Of a stretch of 64,000 bases of DNA, positions 9,510-18,591 are shown in pieces (position 1 is the first letter of the stretch; each line of letters starts with the position of its first letter). The position numbers and the translations under genes are program-made. Origin of the DNA: Verrucomicrobiota bacterium (GTDB lineage Bacteria > Verrucomicrobiota > Verrucomicrobiia > Opitutales > Cerasicoccaceae); contig JBCBUK010000003.1 in the NCBI GenBank assembly GCA_039818205.1, positions 160,001 to 224,000 of the forward strand. Reading direction: 5' to 3'. The notes under the pieces were generated by a model. It worked only from the letters and a program-made list of their open reading frames with translations, was not told where the DNA came from and did not search any database.

Positions 9510-10655
9510 ATGGCGAAGGCGAAATCTACGGCTACGGCAGATTTGGATCTACGACGTGAAGGGGGGACGCTGATCCTCACCTTGGCGGGGCTTTGGAAGT
9601 TCGGTTCGAAGGTCCCCAGTATCGATCCTGTGCTCGCCGAGTTTAAAAACAACACGCCGCCAAGTAAGATCGCCTTCGAATCTTCCAAGGTTGAAGGCTG
9701 GGACACCGCGCTAATGACCTTCCTCCAGAAACTGGGGGACCTCGCGCGCACGACCAAAACTGATTTGGATACAAAGGGCCTGCCGGAAGGGGCGATTGGT
9801 TTGCTCAAGCTGGCCACGGCCGTTCCGGAGAAAGAAGGTACTGGCCGCGGTAGCAAGAAGGAAGGATTCCTGACCCAGGTAGGCAATTCGTCGATTTCGT
9901 TTTGGAATGAACTCAAAGAGACGAATGTTTTTATCGGTGAGGCTACGCTCTCACTCTTTCGGTTTTGCACTGGGCGCGCGCGCTTTCGGTGGAGCGATCT
10001 TTGGTTGATTGTCCAGCAAACTGGCGCGGATGCTTTGCCGATCGTGGCGCTGATTAATTTCCTGGTCGGCGTGATCTTGGCGTTTGTTGGTGCGGTTCAG
10101 CTGCAGAAATTTGGCGCCGATGTTTACGTTGCTGACTTGGTGGGTCTTGCGATGGTTCGCGAAATGGGTGCGATCATGACCGGGATCATCATGTGTGGCC
10201 GGACAGGCGCTGCGTTTGCAGCATCGCTGGGGAGTATGAAGGTCTCCGAGGAGATTGACGCTCTCCGTACGCTGGGTATCTCGCCGATGGACTTCCTCGT
10301 GCTTCCGCGCATGTTGGCGTTGATCATCATGATGCCGATGCTCGTTCTCTTCGCGGATTTTGTTGGTATTTTTGGCGGTATGCTCGTCGGCACGGCGATG
10401 TTGGACGTTACCGTTCAGCAGTTTATTAATCGCTGCATCGCGGCGATCGATATTCCACAGTTTTCCACGGGCATTATCAAATCCGTCGTGATCGGAATCA
10501 TCGTCGCTGGCGCGGGTTGCTTGCGCGGCATGCAGTGTGGCAATAGCTCGGCGGCGGTCGGATTGGCGACAACCTCTGCCGTGGTGACTGGCATCACCTT
10601 GATTATTGTGGCAGATGCGATTTTCGCGGTGATCTTTAACGTCCTCGGAATGTAG
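9510..10655 (+). CDS. mlaE: MlaE-family ABC permease with N-terminal STAS-like domain
   Basis: VREMGAIMTGIIMCGRTGAAFAASLGSMKVSEEIDALRTLG, VLPR, AVGLATTSAVV; N-terminal WDTAL STAS-like segment. Confidence 0.88.
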   Translation: MAKAKSTATADLDLRREGGTLILTLAGLWKFGSKVPSIDPVLAEFKNNTPPSKIAFESSKVEGWDTALMTFLQKLGDLARTTKTDLDTKGLPEGAIGLLKLATAVPEKEGTGRGSKKEGFLTQVGNSSISFWNELKETNVFIGEATLSLFRFCTGRARFRWSDLWLIVQQTGADALPIVALINFLVGVILAFVGAVQLQKFGADVYVADLVGLAMVREMGAIMTGIIMCGRTGAAFAASLGSMKVSEEIDALRTLGISPMDFLVLPRMLALIIMMPMLVLFADFVGIFGGMLVGTAMLDVTVQQFINRCIAAIDIPQFSTGIIKSVVIGIIVAGAGCLRGMQCGNSSAAVGLATTSAVVTGITLIIVADAIFAVIFNVLGM

Positions 10656-10663
10656 TCAGCCAC

Positions 10664-11590
10664 TTAGCTGGCACACGCCGCCAAAGCGATACGGAGTTTC
10701 CGCGTTGTTGGCACGTAACATCGAGCCGAAAAGACGTCGCCACTTTTGCGTTCGATCGCTCCGAGGATGCCGCCGTAGACGCGACTCATAAGTTTAACGC
10801 AGAACCGAGAGCCATCTCCGTCGAGGTAGTTGAGCCCGGTTTCGCCGGAACGATAGTAATCGCGTGCGCGGTCGATCTGAAACTTCAGGAACCGTTGCCA
10901 CCTTGGGTCGGCTGGGTTGGGTGACTTGAGAAACGCCTCGTCGAGTTCATATTCAGCCAGTTCGGTTGCTGGGAGATAGATACGGCCGCGTTCAAAGTCT
11001 TCGGCAACGTCGCGTAGGATATTGGTTAACTGCATGGCTAAGCCCATTTCGATCGCGCGGGGAACGCCCTCGATTTCCTTGAGCCCAAAAATGCGACTCA
11101 TGATGAGCCCCACCACGGAAGCCACGTGATAGCAATAGAGTTCAAGCTCGGCAAAGTCAGCGATCTTGACGGGTTTGCGGTCCCAGCAACAGCCTTCCAT
11201 CAGGTCGACATAGAAGCTTGTGGGGACCGCATATTGGCGGGTCACTTCGGCGAAGGCTGGAGCAAAGGGCAGCGTGCTGGTGTCATTGAGCATTCGATCA
11301 AGCTCTTGCTGCAGTGTTTCCAGGTCCGGCTGCTGGTCGGCTGGCGTTTCGTCAATGATATCATCGACCCATCGGCAGAACGCATAGATGGCGTAGGCAG
11401 CATTTTTCTTTTCCTGGGGCAGGGGAAAGGACGCAAAGAAAAAGCTCGTGGCATGTTCCTTTGTCGCGTCACGGCAACTGGCCAAGGAGTCGGCTAGGGC
11501 AGGGCGAGTGCTCCACCCCGCTTGAGGATTCGGTGTCTCCCAGTCAGTTGGTAGTTTGGTTGTGATGGCATCGCCCAAAGGCTTCGTCAT
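10664..11590 (-). CDS. Phytoene/squalene synthase family (CrtB/CrtM/HpnD-like)
   Basis: YAFCRWVDDIID, YCYHVASVVG, QLTNILRDVAED, GRIYLP. Start likely ATG 11590. Confidence 0.9.
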   Translation of the reverse strand: MTKPLGDAITTKLPTDWETPNPQAGWSTRPALADSLASCRDATKEHATSFFFASFPLPQEKKNAAYAIYAFCRWVDDIIDETPADQQPDLETLQQELDRMLNDTSTLPFAPAFAEVTRQYAVPTSFYVDLMEGCCWDRKPVKIADFAELELYCYHVASVVGLIMSRIFGLKEIEGVPRAIEMGLAMQLTNILRDVAEDFERGRIYLPATELAEYELDEAFLKSPNPADPRWQRFLKFQIDRARDYYRSGETGLNYLDGDGSRFCVKLMSRVYGGILGAIERKSGDVFSARCYVPTTRKLRIALAACAS

Positions 11591-11638
11591 GGCTTGACGT
11601 TCGAAACCTAGGGGCGATGAGGCAAGTCTCAAACCTGC

Positions 11639-13114
11639 CTAGATTTTTGCGGCGACCTTGCGAAAGTGGAATCCGATGATGGCGAGCGATACGGCGGTCG
11701 GCAGAAGGTTACGTCGTTTGACCGCGACCCATAGTAATAGCTTCCAATACTCAATACGTTCCCGCCCAAGTATCCCAAGCCGGATCGTGGATCGGATGAA
11801 CGCACGGAAGCGGGGCCAATCCATCGGGGCGCTGACGGTGGGGCCCTTGAACTCCTGGAGGAACGTCTTCACCCGCGCGTAGTAGGTTTCTGGATGATAG
11901 AGGTGCCGGATCAGTTTCTGGTAGCCATCGACTAGGCAATCGAGATCCATCTTTGGAATGATGTTGGTCGCGGCCGAGGTATTGTTGCCACCCGATGATC
12001 CAACCAGACGCCCTTCCTTGTTCAGGCGTTCGTGTAGGGCCGTGCCAATCGGAGCCTGTAGGATTCCGACCATTGCGGTGACGACGCCGCTTTGCTGAAT
12101 GAAGTCAATTTGGCGCTGAAAGATCGAGGGCGTGTCGCTGTCGAACCCAACAATAAAGCCGCCTTGCACCTGGAGGCCAGCGCGCTGGATGCGTTTGATG
12201 TCGGCCACGAGGTCGCGTCCGCGATTCTGCTTTTTGTTGCAATCGGCGAGGGCTGCTTCCGACGGTGTTTCGAGGCCGATGAAGACGGTGTCGAATCCCG
12301 CCTCAGACATCATGCCCATGAGCTCGGCGTCATCGGCGAGGTTGATCGATGCCTCAGTGTAGAAGGGGAGGCCGCCTTTTCGTTTTTTCTGCCATGCAAT
12401 AAGGTTGGGTAGGAGGTCGCGTTTCAGGAAGCGTTTGTTGCCAATGAAATTGTCATCGACGAAGAATACCGAGCTACGCCAACCGAGCTTCCAGAGAGCA
12501 TCGAGCTCATCGATTATCTGGGCGCTTGATTTTAAACGGGGTCGATGGCCAAAGAGTGCGGTTACGTTGCAAAAGTCGCAATTGAACGGACAGCCACGGG
12601 AGAACTGCACGCTCATCGATGCATAGTGTTTGAGCTTGAGAAGGTCCCATCGCGGAGCCGGGACCTCACTCATCGCGGGGTAGGGGCCCGCGTCATATCG
12701 GGCTTTGGCTTGCCCTTTGGCGAAGTCTTCTAGGAAGGGCGGTAAGCTGTGCTCGGCCTCTCCCAATACCAAATGATCGACTCCCGAATACGCTTCTGGC
12801 TCGCAGGTGAAAGCGGGCCCACCGGCGATCACGGTTTTGCCGAGTGCCTTAGCCCGCTCGATCACTTTGCGGGTGGATTCCTGTTGCACAACCATTGCGC
12901 TGATCATGACCGTGTCGGCCCAAGCGAGGTCGCGGTTGGTCAAACGTTCGGTGTTCAGATCCACCAATCGTAGTTTCCAATCTTGGGGAAGCATGGAGGC
13001 AACGGTCACCATACCTAGTGGTGGCAGTGCGGCTTTTTTGCCGAGAAATCGGAGGGCGTGACGGAAGCTCCAGTAGGTGGCTGGAAACTCTGGATAGACG
13101 AGAAGCGTATTCAT
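11639..13114 (-). CDS. B12-binding radical SAM protein (DUF4070/HpnP-like putative class B methyltransferase)
   Basis: N-terminal cobalamin-binding region (PPLGMVTVA, IAGGP, LVLGEAE), SRGCPFNCDFC, FFVDDNFIGN, GFIVGFDSD. Confidence 0.85.
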   Translation of the reverse strand: MNTLLVYPEFPATYWSFRHALRFLGKKAALPPLGMVTVASMLPQDWKLRLVDLNTERLTNRDLAWADTVMISAMVVQQESTRKVIERAKALGKTVIAGGPAFTCEPEAYSGVDHLVLGEAEHSLPPFLEDFAKGQAKARYDAGPYPAMSEVPAPRWDLLKLKHYASMSVQFSRGCPFNCDFCNVTALFGHRPRLKSSAQIIDELDALWKLGWRSSVFFVDDNFIGNKRFLKRDLLPNLIAWQKKRKGGLPFYTEASINLADDAELMGMMSEAGFDTVFIGLETPSEAALADCNKKQNRGRDLVADIKRIQRAGLQVQGGFIVGFDSDTPSIFQRQIDFIQQSGVVTAMVGILQAPIGTALHERLNKEGRLVGSSGGNNTSAATNIIPKMDLDCLVDGYQKLIRHLYHPETYYARVKTFLQEFKGPTVSAPMDWPRFRAFIRSTIRLGILGRERIEYWKLLLWVAVKRRNLLPTAVSLAIIGFHFRKVAAKI

Positions 13115-13212
13115 CAATGCACGTCTTGAAAACAGGTCGCTTCAAGCCGGGCGAGATAAATACCGGTTCACGGTTTGGTTAGAAGCGTGACTCGAGGCAC
13201 CGATAACTTTGC

Positions 13213-14163
13213 CTATTGTGCTGTATCAGGATTGATCGAGACCTCAGATAGCTCGGAAATCTGGGCGTGCTCTCCACCGATATCGTCGGGGATGAGGAAG
13301 ACTGATCCGCCCTCAATGACCGAGCGCACGACTAATGAACCATGCCCATTTAACGCAAACTTTCCTGCTGTATCCGGGTAGGCGGCGTCGATGGAATCTT
13401 TGTAGATTCTGAGCTCCAAGTTGCGTGCGTTATTCGCCTGGAACTCGTTCCAGAGTATCTCTGGATCAACGTCTCCGGAGTTGGCCTGGCTCATCAGAAA
13501 ATTCTTTCGCATGGTATCGTATTGGCGAATCAGCGGTTGAAAACTAGCCATGTACTCGCTGAGCGTCGACATCCAGTTGACGTTGGATAGAGCCTGATTC
13601 GCTTCGTTCTTGCGATCGCCTTCCATGATGGATTTGAGGGTGCCGTAGTCCGTCTGCATCTCTTGGTTGATGTGCTCCAAGCCGCGGATGAAATTCGAGG
13701 CGTTTAGCCCCTGGATGTAACGGTTGTATTTGTCCCAAAGCCCTTGGCTCGTCGTGTATTTTTGTTCTCGGCCTTGGTATTTGTAGGGGAAGGTCAAGCG
13801 CTCGGGGAATTCAGCTTGAACGGGTGCCAATTCTTCTGCGAAGTGCTTTGCATCGTCTTCAGAAACGACTTGGTCGGCATTGGGAGCGGCTTCGGTCGGC
13901 GGAAACAGAAATGCCCGCATCGCTTGGTTTTGCTTCTGGATCAGGCTACGCGTTTCAGAAGTGATGCTGGGTAACACGATGATCTCCGTGTTGGTGAGCG
14001 TGGCCCCGGGGAGCCCAGTGATTTTGAGAACGCCGGTGGTGACATTCTGCGGCTCGTTGTTGACTTCGGGCGCTTTAGCAGGCGCGGGCGCAGGTTTCTT
14101 TGAGTCGCAAGCGCAAAGCAGGAGAACAACGGATAAACAGACTAGAAATGAGACGGGTTTCAC
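13213..14163 (-). CDS. Hypothetical lipoprotein
   Basis: From GTG 14163: basic N-terminus, hydrophobic core, LLCAC lipobox, Pro/Ala linker, long helical region. Confidence 0.65.
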   Translation of the reverse strand: MKPVSFLVCLSVVLLLCACDSKKPAPAPAKAPEVNNEPQNVTTGVLKITGLPGATLTNTEIIVLPSITSETRSLIQKQNQAMRAFLFPPTEAAPNADQVVSEDDAKHFAEELAPVQAEFPERLTFPYKYQGREQKYTTSQGLWDKYNRYIQGLNASNFIRGLEHINQEMQTDYGTLKSIMEGDRKNEANQALSNVNWMSTLSEYMASFQPLIRQYDTMRKNFLMSQANSGDVDPEILWNEFQANNARNLELRIYKDSIDAAYPDTAGKFALNGHGSLVVRSVIEGGSVFLIPDDIGGEHAQISELSEVSINPDTAQ

Positions 14164-14259
14164 GGTGATCAGACTGATTTTGGACCGGGTTTTAGGCAAC
14201 CAGATTTTTGACTCCTTGTTGGCTCTGGGAGTTGCCAGGCAGGCCGACATTTACGTCTT

Positions 14260-16230
14260 TTGTTGACGGATCACATACGGTACGGTGTTTCCTGTCTCTT
14301 CGTGTCGCTAAAGCTTATTCATATTTTTGGCCGGCTCTTGGCGATCTGCCCAGAGGCAATTAGCCGCGCACTGGCGGTCGTTTTGGGCGGGATTATCTTT
14401 GCGCTTCCAACCAAGCGCCGACGCACGGTCCTGGCCAACCTGCATCACGCGTTCCCAGAAATGGCCGAAGCGGAGCGGCGGCGCATCGCCCGCACGAGCT
14501 GTTGTCGAGCGGTGGAGATGGCGCTGTTTGTGTTGGTGTCGCCTCACTTTAGTAAAGATCAGCTGCTGGAGCGGTTTGCCATTGAGCCCGCATTTGAGCA
14601 GGAGCTCAATGAGAACGCACGTTCTCCAGAACCCGCGGTCGCCATTGTACCGCATCTATGCCTCATGGAAAGCCTCACGCTGCTTCCGGCGCTGACCAAT
14701 GGACCCTGCCCAGAGATTGCGACGATCTACCGTCCGTTAAAGCAACGCAGTTTGGAGGATTGGGTGTTGGCCACGCGGCAGCGTTTTGGGATGCGTCTGC
14801 TTTCTCGGAAGGAAGGCTTCGCCGAGGCGATCCACCGGCTTCGTCAGCGTGAAGTGGTTGCCATTCTCTTTGATCAAAATGCGGGTAATACTGGCGTGCT
14901 GAGCACCTTCCTTGGCCGGGTGTGTTCCTCGACGGAGCTCCCGGGGATGTTGGCCAGTAAATTTGATGCGCGCTTCGTAACCGTGTGGACTGAGCGTACC
15001 GGTTTTTGGCGCGGCGTTCTTCGAATGGAGGAGTTGCCGAAGCCGCAGAGTGCAAACCATGGCATCTTTCTCAGCAATCAGTGGTTCGAACAGAAACTGA
15101 GGACCGAAGAATCTTTCCGCAATGAGTGGCTTTGGCTGCACGATCGGTGGCGGACTCAAGATCAGGTAGAGCGTCGTTTTCAGCTAAAGCATCGGCGCTA
15201 TGCCTTGGATGAGGAACTTGATTGGCGGGAATGGGAAGAGTTGCCTCGTGGGATGCGCATCTGGATTCGCCTGCCGAATTGGCTGGGCGATGTTATCATG
15301 GCGTTGCCGTTGGTGCGAGCCTTGAGAGTCGGGCGTCCAGATGCTGAAATCACTTTGGTCGCGCGAAAGCAGTTTCGACCCTTGCTGGATTCATTGCCGT
15401 TTGCCGATCAAACCCGCTACTACGATTCCAAAGACATCGGCCACCTGCGAGCACGGGGTAACGAGTGGCGGCTGGGCTATCCAGACGTGCAGATCCTGTT
15501 CACCAACTCAGCTCGGGAAGATTTGGCAGCCAAGGCAATTGGTGCGCCGCAGCGCTTCGGGATATTGAGGTCTGGAAAACCGAGACCACTACTCACGCAT
15601 GATTGGCCGGTCCCCGAAGGTTTGGATGAGGCATCCATACATCAAACGGAATTGTGGCGACAATTCCTTGGACACTTTGGCTTGACCGTGGCGCCCGATT
15701 TTTCGCCTCTTTCGCTGGAGGATATTACCGGGCGTGATGGTGAACGGTTGAAAGCGGCAGGCCGGATTGGATTGATCTGCGGCACTGAGAATGAGCCGGC
15801 AAAACGGTGGCCAGTTAGCCATTGGCGAGCCTTGATTGATCGCATGCCGGACAAGACTTTCGTGCTCTTTGGGACGCCGAACGATCGGGCAATCACCGAG
15901 CAGGTGGCCGACGGTTTTGATTCGAGCCGAGTCGTGAATCGTGCCGGAGAGACTAACCTGGCTGAGTTTGCAGAGGAGCTAACAAGCTGTGCTGCTTTGG
16001 CCACCAACGACACGGGCGGAATGCATTTGGCGAACGCGCTGGGCGTGCCGGTGGTTGTCGTTTTCGGCCCCACGAATCCAGTAAGGACGGGACCCTGCTA
16101 TAGCGGTCCAAAACGGTTGATCCAGCCGCCGGAGTGTCCAGCAACCGGTGGCGGCATGATCTCCGATGTCACGCCCGAACGCGTTTCGGAAGCGCTTGAG
16201 GAAGTAATGCGGGGAGACTCGTATGATTGA
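14260..16230 (+). CDS. Fusion: lipid A late acyltransferase (LpxL/HtrB family) + GT9 heptosyltransferase (WaaF-like)
   Basis: N-half: ANLHHAFPE, HLCLME (HX4E), LFDQNAG, WLWLHDRW. C-half: RLPNWLGDVIMALP, PAKRWP, TNDTGGMHLANALGVPVVVVFGPT. One uninterrupted frame; start may be GTG 14302. Confidence 0.88.
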   Translation: MLTDHIRYGVSCLFVSLKLIHIFGRLLAICPEAISRALAVVLGGIIFALPTKRRRTVLANLHHAFPEMAEAERRRIARTSCCRAVEMALFVLVSPHFSKDQLLERFAIEPAFEQELNENARSPEPAVAIVPHLCLMESLTLLPALTNGPCPEIATIYRPLKQRSLEDWVLATRQRFGMRLLSRKEGFAEAIHRLRQREVVAILFDQNAGNTGVLSTFLGRVCSSTELPGMLASKFDARFVTVWTERTGFWRGVLRMEELPKPQSANHGIFLSNQWFEQKLRTEESFRNEWLWLHDRWRTQDQVERRFQLKHRRYALDEELDWREWEELPRGMRIWIRLPNWLGDVIMALPLVRALRVGRPDAEITLVARKQFRPLLDSLPFADQTRYYDSKDIGHLRARGNEWRLGYPDVQILFTNSAREDLAAKAIGAPQRFGILRSGKPRPLLTHDWPVPEGLDEASIHQTELWRQFLGHFGLTVAPDFSPLSLEDITGRDGERLKAAGRIGLICGTENEPAKRWPVSHWRALIDRMPDKTFVLFGTPNDRAITEQVADGFDSSRVVNRAGETNLAEFAEELTSCAALATNDTGGMHLANALGVPVVVVFGPTNPVRTGPCYSGPKRLIQPPECPATGGGMISDVTPERVSEALEEVMRGDSYD

Positions 16231-17200
16231 GCGGGATCGTCAGTTTATGCTCTTTGGGCTTTCGCCCGATCGCTACAGTTCGCGCGGCGTTGTGTTGTTT
16301 TTTGCAATCTGGATTGTCGCGTTTCTGTTCGCGGGTTTGATTGCGCCCATTGTATACTCTGTGATGCAAAGCATCGCTTCTGGTAACCCCGACGGCTGGG
16401 CTGCTGACCTGTTAGAACGCCCCTTTGATAAGTTCGTCGACCGTTGCCGCTATGTCCCCTTGTTGGTATTACTGCCATGGTTGATGTTGCAGGTTGGCTT
16501 ATTGGGGAACGCCCGCGGATTCTTGATGGCGAACGATTTGCGAGGGCGTCCTGCGAGCATGCTTTGGGGGTTCTATGCGCTCGTCCTTGGTCTGGCTCTG
16601 TCAGGAATCATTGTCCTCCTGCAGTTGGTCTTCACTTGGTACTGGCCCGGAGAAGTTTCAGGGTGGGGTGGTTGGCTCGGGGTGATTGGTGGCGCTGCGT
16701 TGAGCGCGATTTTGGTCGCCCTGATCGAGGAGATTATTTTCCGGAGCATGATTTTTCGTCTGTTTTACGTGGCCTTGAAACCTGGTAAGGCGATCGTGTT
16801 GGCATCAATGGTCTACGCCTACCTTCACTTCAGCGCCCCGCCCGGCATGCTCGCCGAGGCGAGCGCGAACCCTGGCATTTTTGCGGGACTGAAGATTGCG
16901 CTGATGAACGCGGCTGGTGGCGTTTTGAATTTCAACCTCCTGGAGTTTGCGAACTACACAGCCTTGGGAATTCTTCTGGCGGTGTTGTACCTTCGTAGCC
17001 GGAGTTTGTGGGCGCCCGTTGGGCTGCACGCGGGAATTGTTTTCGTGATGTTGATCTACCAACGCACGGTCCATGTCTTTCCCGACGAAGAGCGTTGGCT
17101 GTTTGCCGGAGGCGGGCTGACGGACGGCGTTCTACCGCTGATCCTCACGCTTGCGCTTTCCCTGCTTTTCGCCCTACGGTTACCGGTTTCGCGATCATGA
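16223..17200 (+). CDS. CPBP (CAAX/Abi) family intramembrane metalloprotease
   Basis: Multi-TM; EEIIFR (EExxxR), YAYLH, SLWAPVGLHAG. Confidence 0.85.
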   Translation: MIERDRQFMLFGLSPDRYSSRGVVLFFAIWIVAFLFAGLIAPIVYSVMQSIASGNPDGWAADLLERPFDKFVDRCRYVPLLVLLPWLMLQVGLLGNARGFLMANDLRGRPASMLWGFYALVLGLALSGIIVLLQLVFTWYWPGEVSGWGGWLGVIGGAALSAILVALIEEIIFRSMIFRLFYVALKPGKAIVLASMVYAYLHFSAPPGMLAEASANPGIFAGLKIALMNAAGGVLNFNLLEFANYTALGILLAVLYLRSRSLWAPVGLHAGIVFVMLIYQRTVHVFPDEERWLFAGGGLTDGVLPLILTLALSLLFALRLPVSRS

Positions 17201-18591
17201 CCACAGCGCCCGTTATCCATTGCATTGGTGATAGTCACGCCGGTTTTTTTACCGGACGGAATTCCATCTACCCAGATAACAGCGTGGCGCGCCCGCTACC
17301 GTTTTTTAAAGTCTTTCATCTCGGGCCGGTTCTCGCCTATAATTTGCCGGAGTCTGGCACGACGACGGGTGGTCGCGAGAAGCTGTTTAGTCTATTGGAA
17401 GAAGAGGTGCCTGCCGGTAGTTGGGTGATGCCCGTTTTCGGTGAGATTGATTGTCGGGCGCATTTGCTCCGGCAAGCGGAAAAGCAGGAGCGGCCTGTCG
17501 CAGATCTCGCAGCAGAGTGTGCCGAGCGATACTTTGGTGTCGTTCAGGAAATTCAGGCGAAGGGATTCTCGATTGTCGTCTATAACTCGATTCCATCGCT
17601 GCCGGAGAAAAGCACTTGGGCCGAGGGGAAGGAAGATGATTTTCCGACCTATGGATCACAGGCCGACCGCAATGCGGCGATTCAGGCCTTTAATCAAAAC
17701 CTGGGGGAGCTTTGTGCGGCCAATGGCATTCCGTTCCTGTCCACTTACGATTGTTTTGTGGATGAGTCCGGTAGACCTAAGCGAGAGTTCTATATGGATA
17801 AGATTCACTTGGGTCAGTCAGCAATGCTCCAAACTCTGGAACGGTTGCAAGTCGTCCTTCCCAATTTTGATTTTTCACCGCCAGAGCGTTACGTGGCGGA
17901 ACAGGCGGCATTGGATGGTGCCTCGCAGAAGTCTTCAGTTATGGTTGATCTCCCCGGATATATTCGCCGCAAGGCATTGAATTGGGCTGAAGCCCTGCAC
18001 CCTCGTTCGCTGGCCGCGATTGTCCGCGGTGCCTCGAAAGCGGAGCTTAAGGCGATTCGCCATAGCCTGCGACCTCAGCCAGCACACCCGGATCGCAAAC
18101 GACAGATCCTACGCGAACATGGAGAGCGCTTCAACTGCAAGGTGTTCATTGAAACAGGCACCTACCTCGGAGATACCCTGGATGCGCTTGCGGATGACTT
18201 TGATGCGCTGCATTCAATTGAACTGAGCCCGCAGCTCTATCAGGATGCAAAGCGCCGGTTTAGTGAAAAGCCGTTTATCACGATGCACCAGGGTAATAGT
18301 GGCGATGTGTTGCCCCACCTCCTAGAGGAGTTGAATGAGCCGGCGCTGTTCTGGCTCGATGGGCACGCCTCTGGGAGCGACACGGCTCAGCCAGATGAGT
18401 TGACTCCAATCCTGCGCGAATTGAAAGCCGTTGTGCAGCACCCCATCAAGCAACATTGCATCATGATCGACGATGCGCGTGAATTTGGGCGCGGCAAAGG
18501 TTATCCCTCCCTCAAACGCGTCCGGGCGATCGTCGACGGGATTTACCCGGGCTGGGAAGTTGCCGAAGACATCATTCGCATCACGCCATGA
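17197..18591 (+). CDS. Fusion: SGNH/GDSL hydrolase-like domain + class I SAM methyltransferase-like domain
   Basis: ATG 17197 overlaps the upstream stop (ATGA). IGDSH, FGEIDCR, DKIH in N-half; FIETGTYLGDT, SIELS, GNSGDVL, FWLDGH, IMIDDAR in C-half. Confidence 0.75.
   Translation: MTTAPVIHCIGDSHAGFFTGRNSIYPDNSVARPLPFFKVFHLGPVLAYNLPESGTTTGGREKLFSLLEEEVPAGSWVMPVFGEIDCRAHLLRQAEKQERPVADLAAECAERYFGVVQEIQAKGFSIVVYNSIPSLPEKSTWAEGKEDDFPTYGSQADRNAAIQAFNQNLGELCAANGIPFLSTYDCFVDESGRPKREFYMDKIHLGQSAMLQTLERLQVVLPNFDFSPPERYVAEQAALDGASQKSSVMVDLPGYIRRKALNWAEALHPRSLAAIVRGASKAELKAIRHSLRPQPAHPDRKRQILREHGERFNCKVFIETGTYLGDTLDALADDFDALHSIELSPQLYQDAKRRFSEKPFITMHQGNSGDVLPHLLEELNEPALFWLDGHASGSDTAQPDELTPILRELKAVVQHPIKQHCIMIDDAREFGRGKGYPSLKRVRAIVDGIYPGWEVAEDIIRITP

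Noticed and set aside
17008..17196. N-terminal extension of the 527-aa ORF; similar over-long starts at 209, 1047, 7169, 21962, 35215, 53391 and 61155
   Set aside because: They overlap upstream genes or promoters; downstream starts fit the protein families better.
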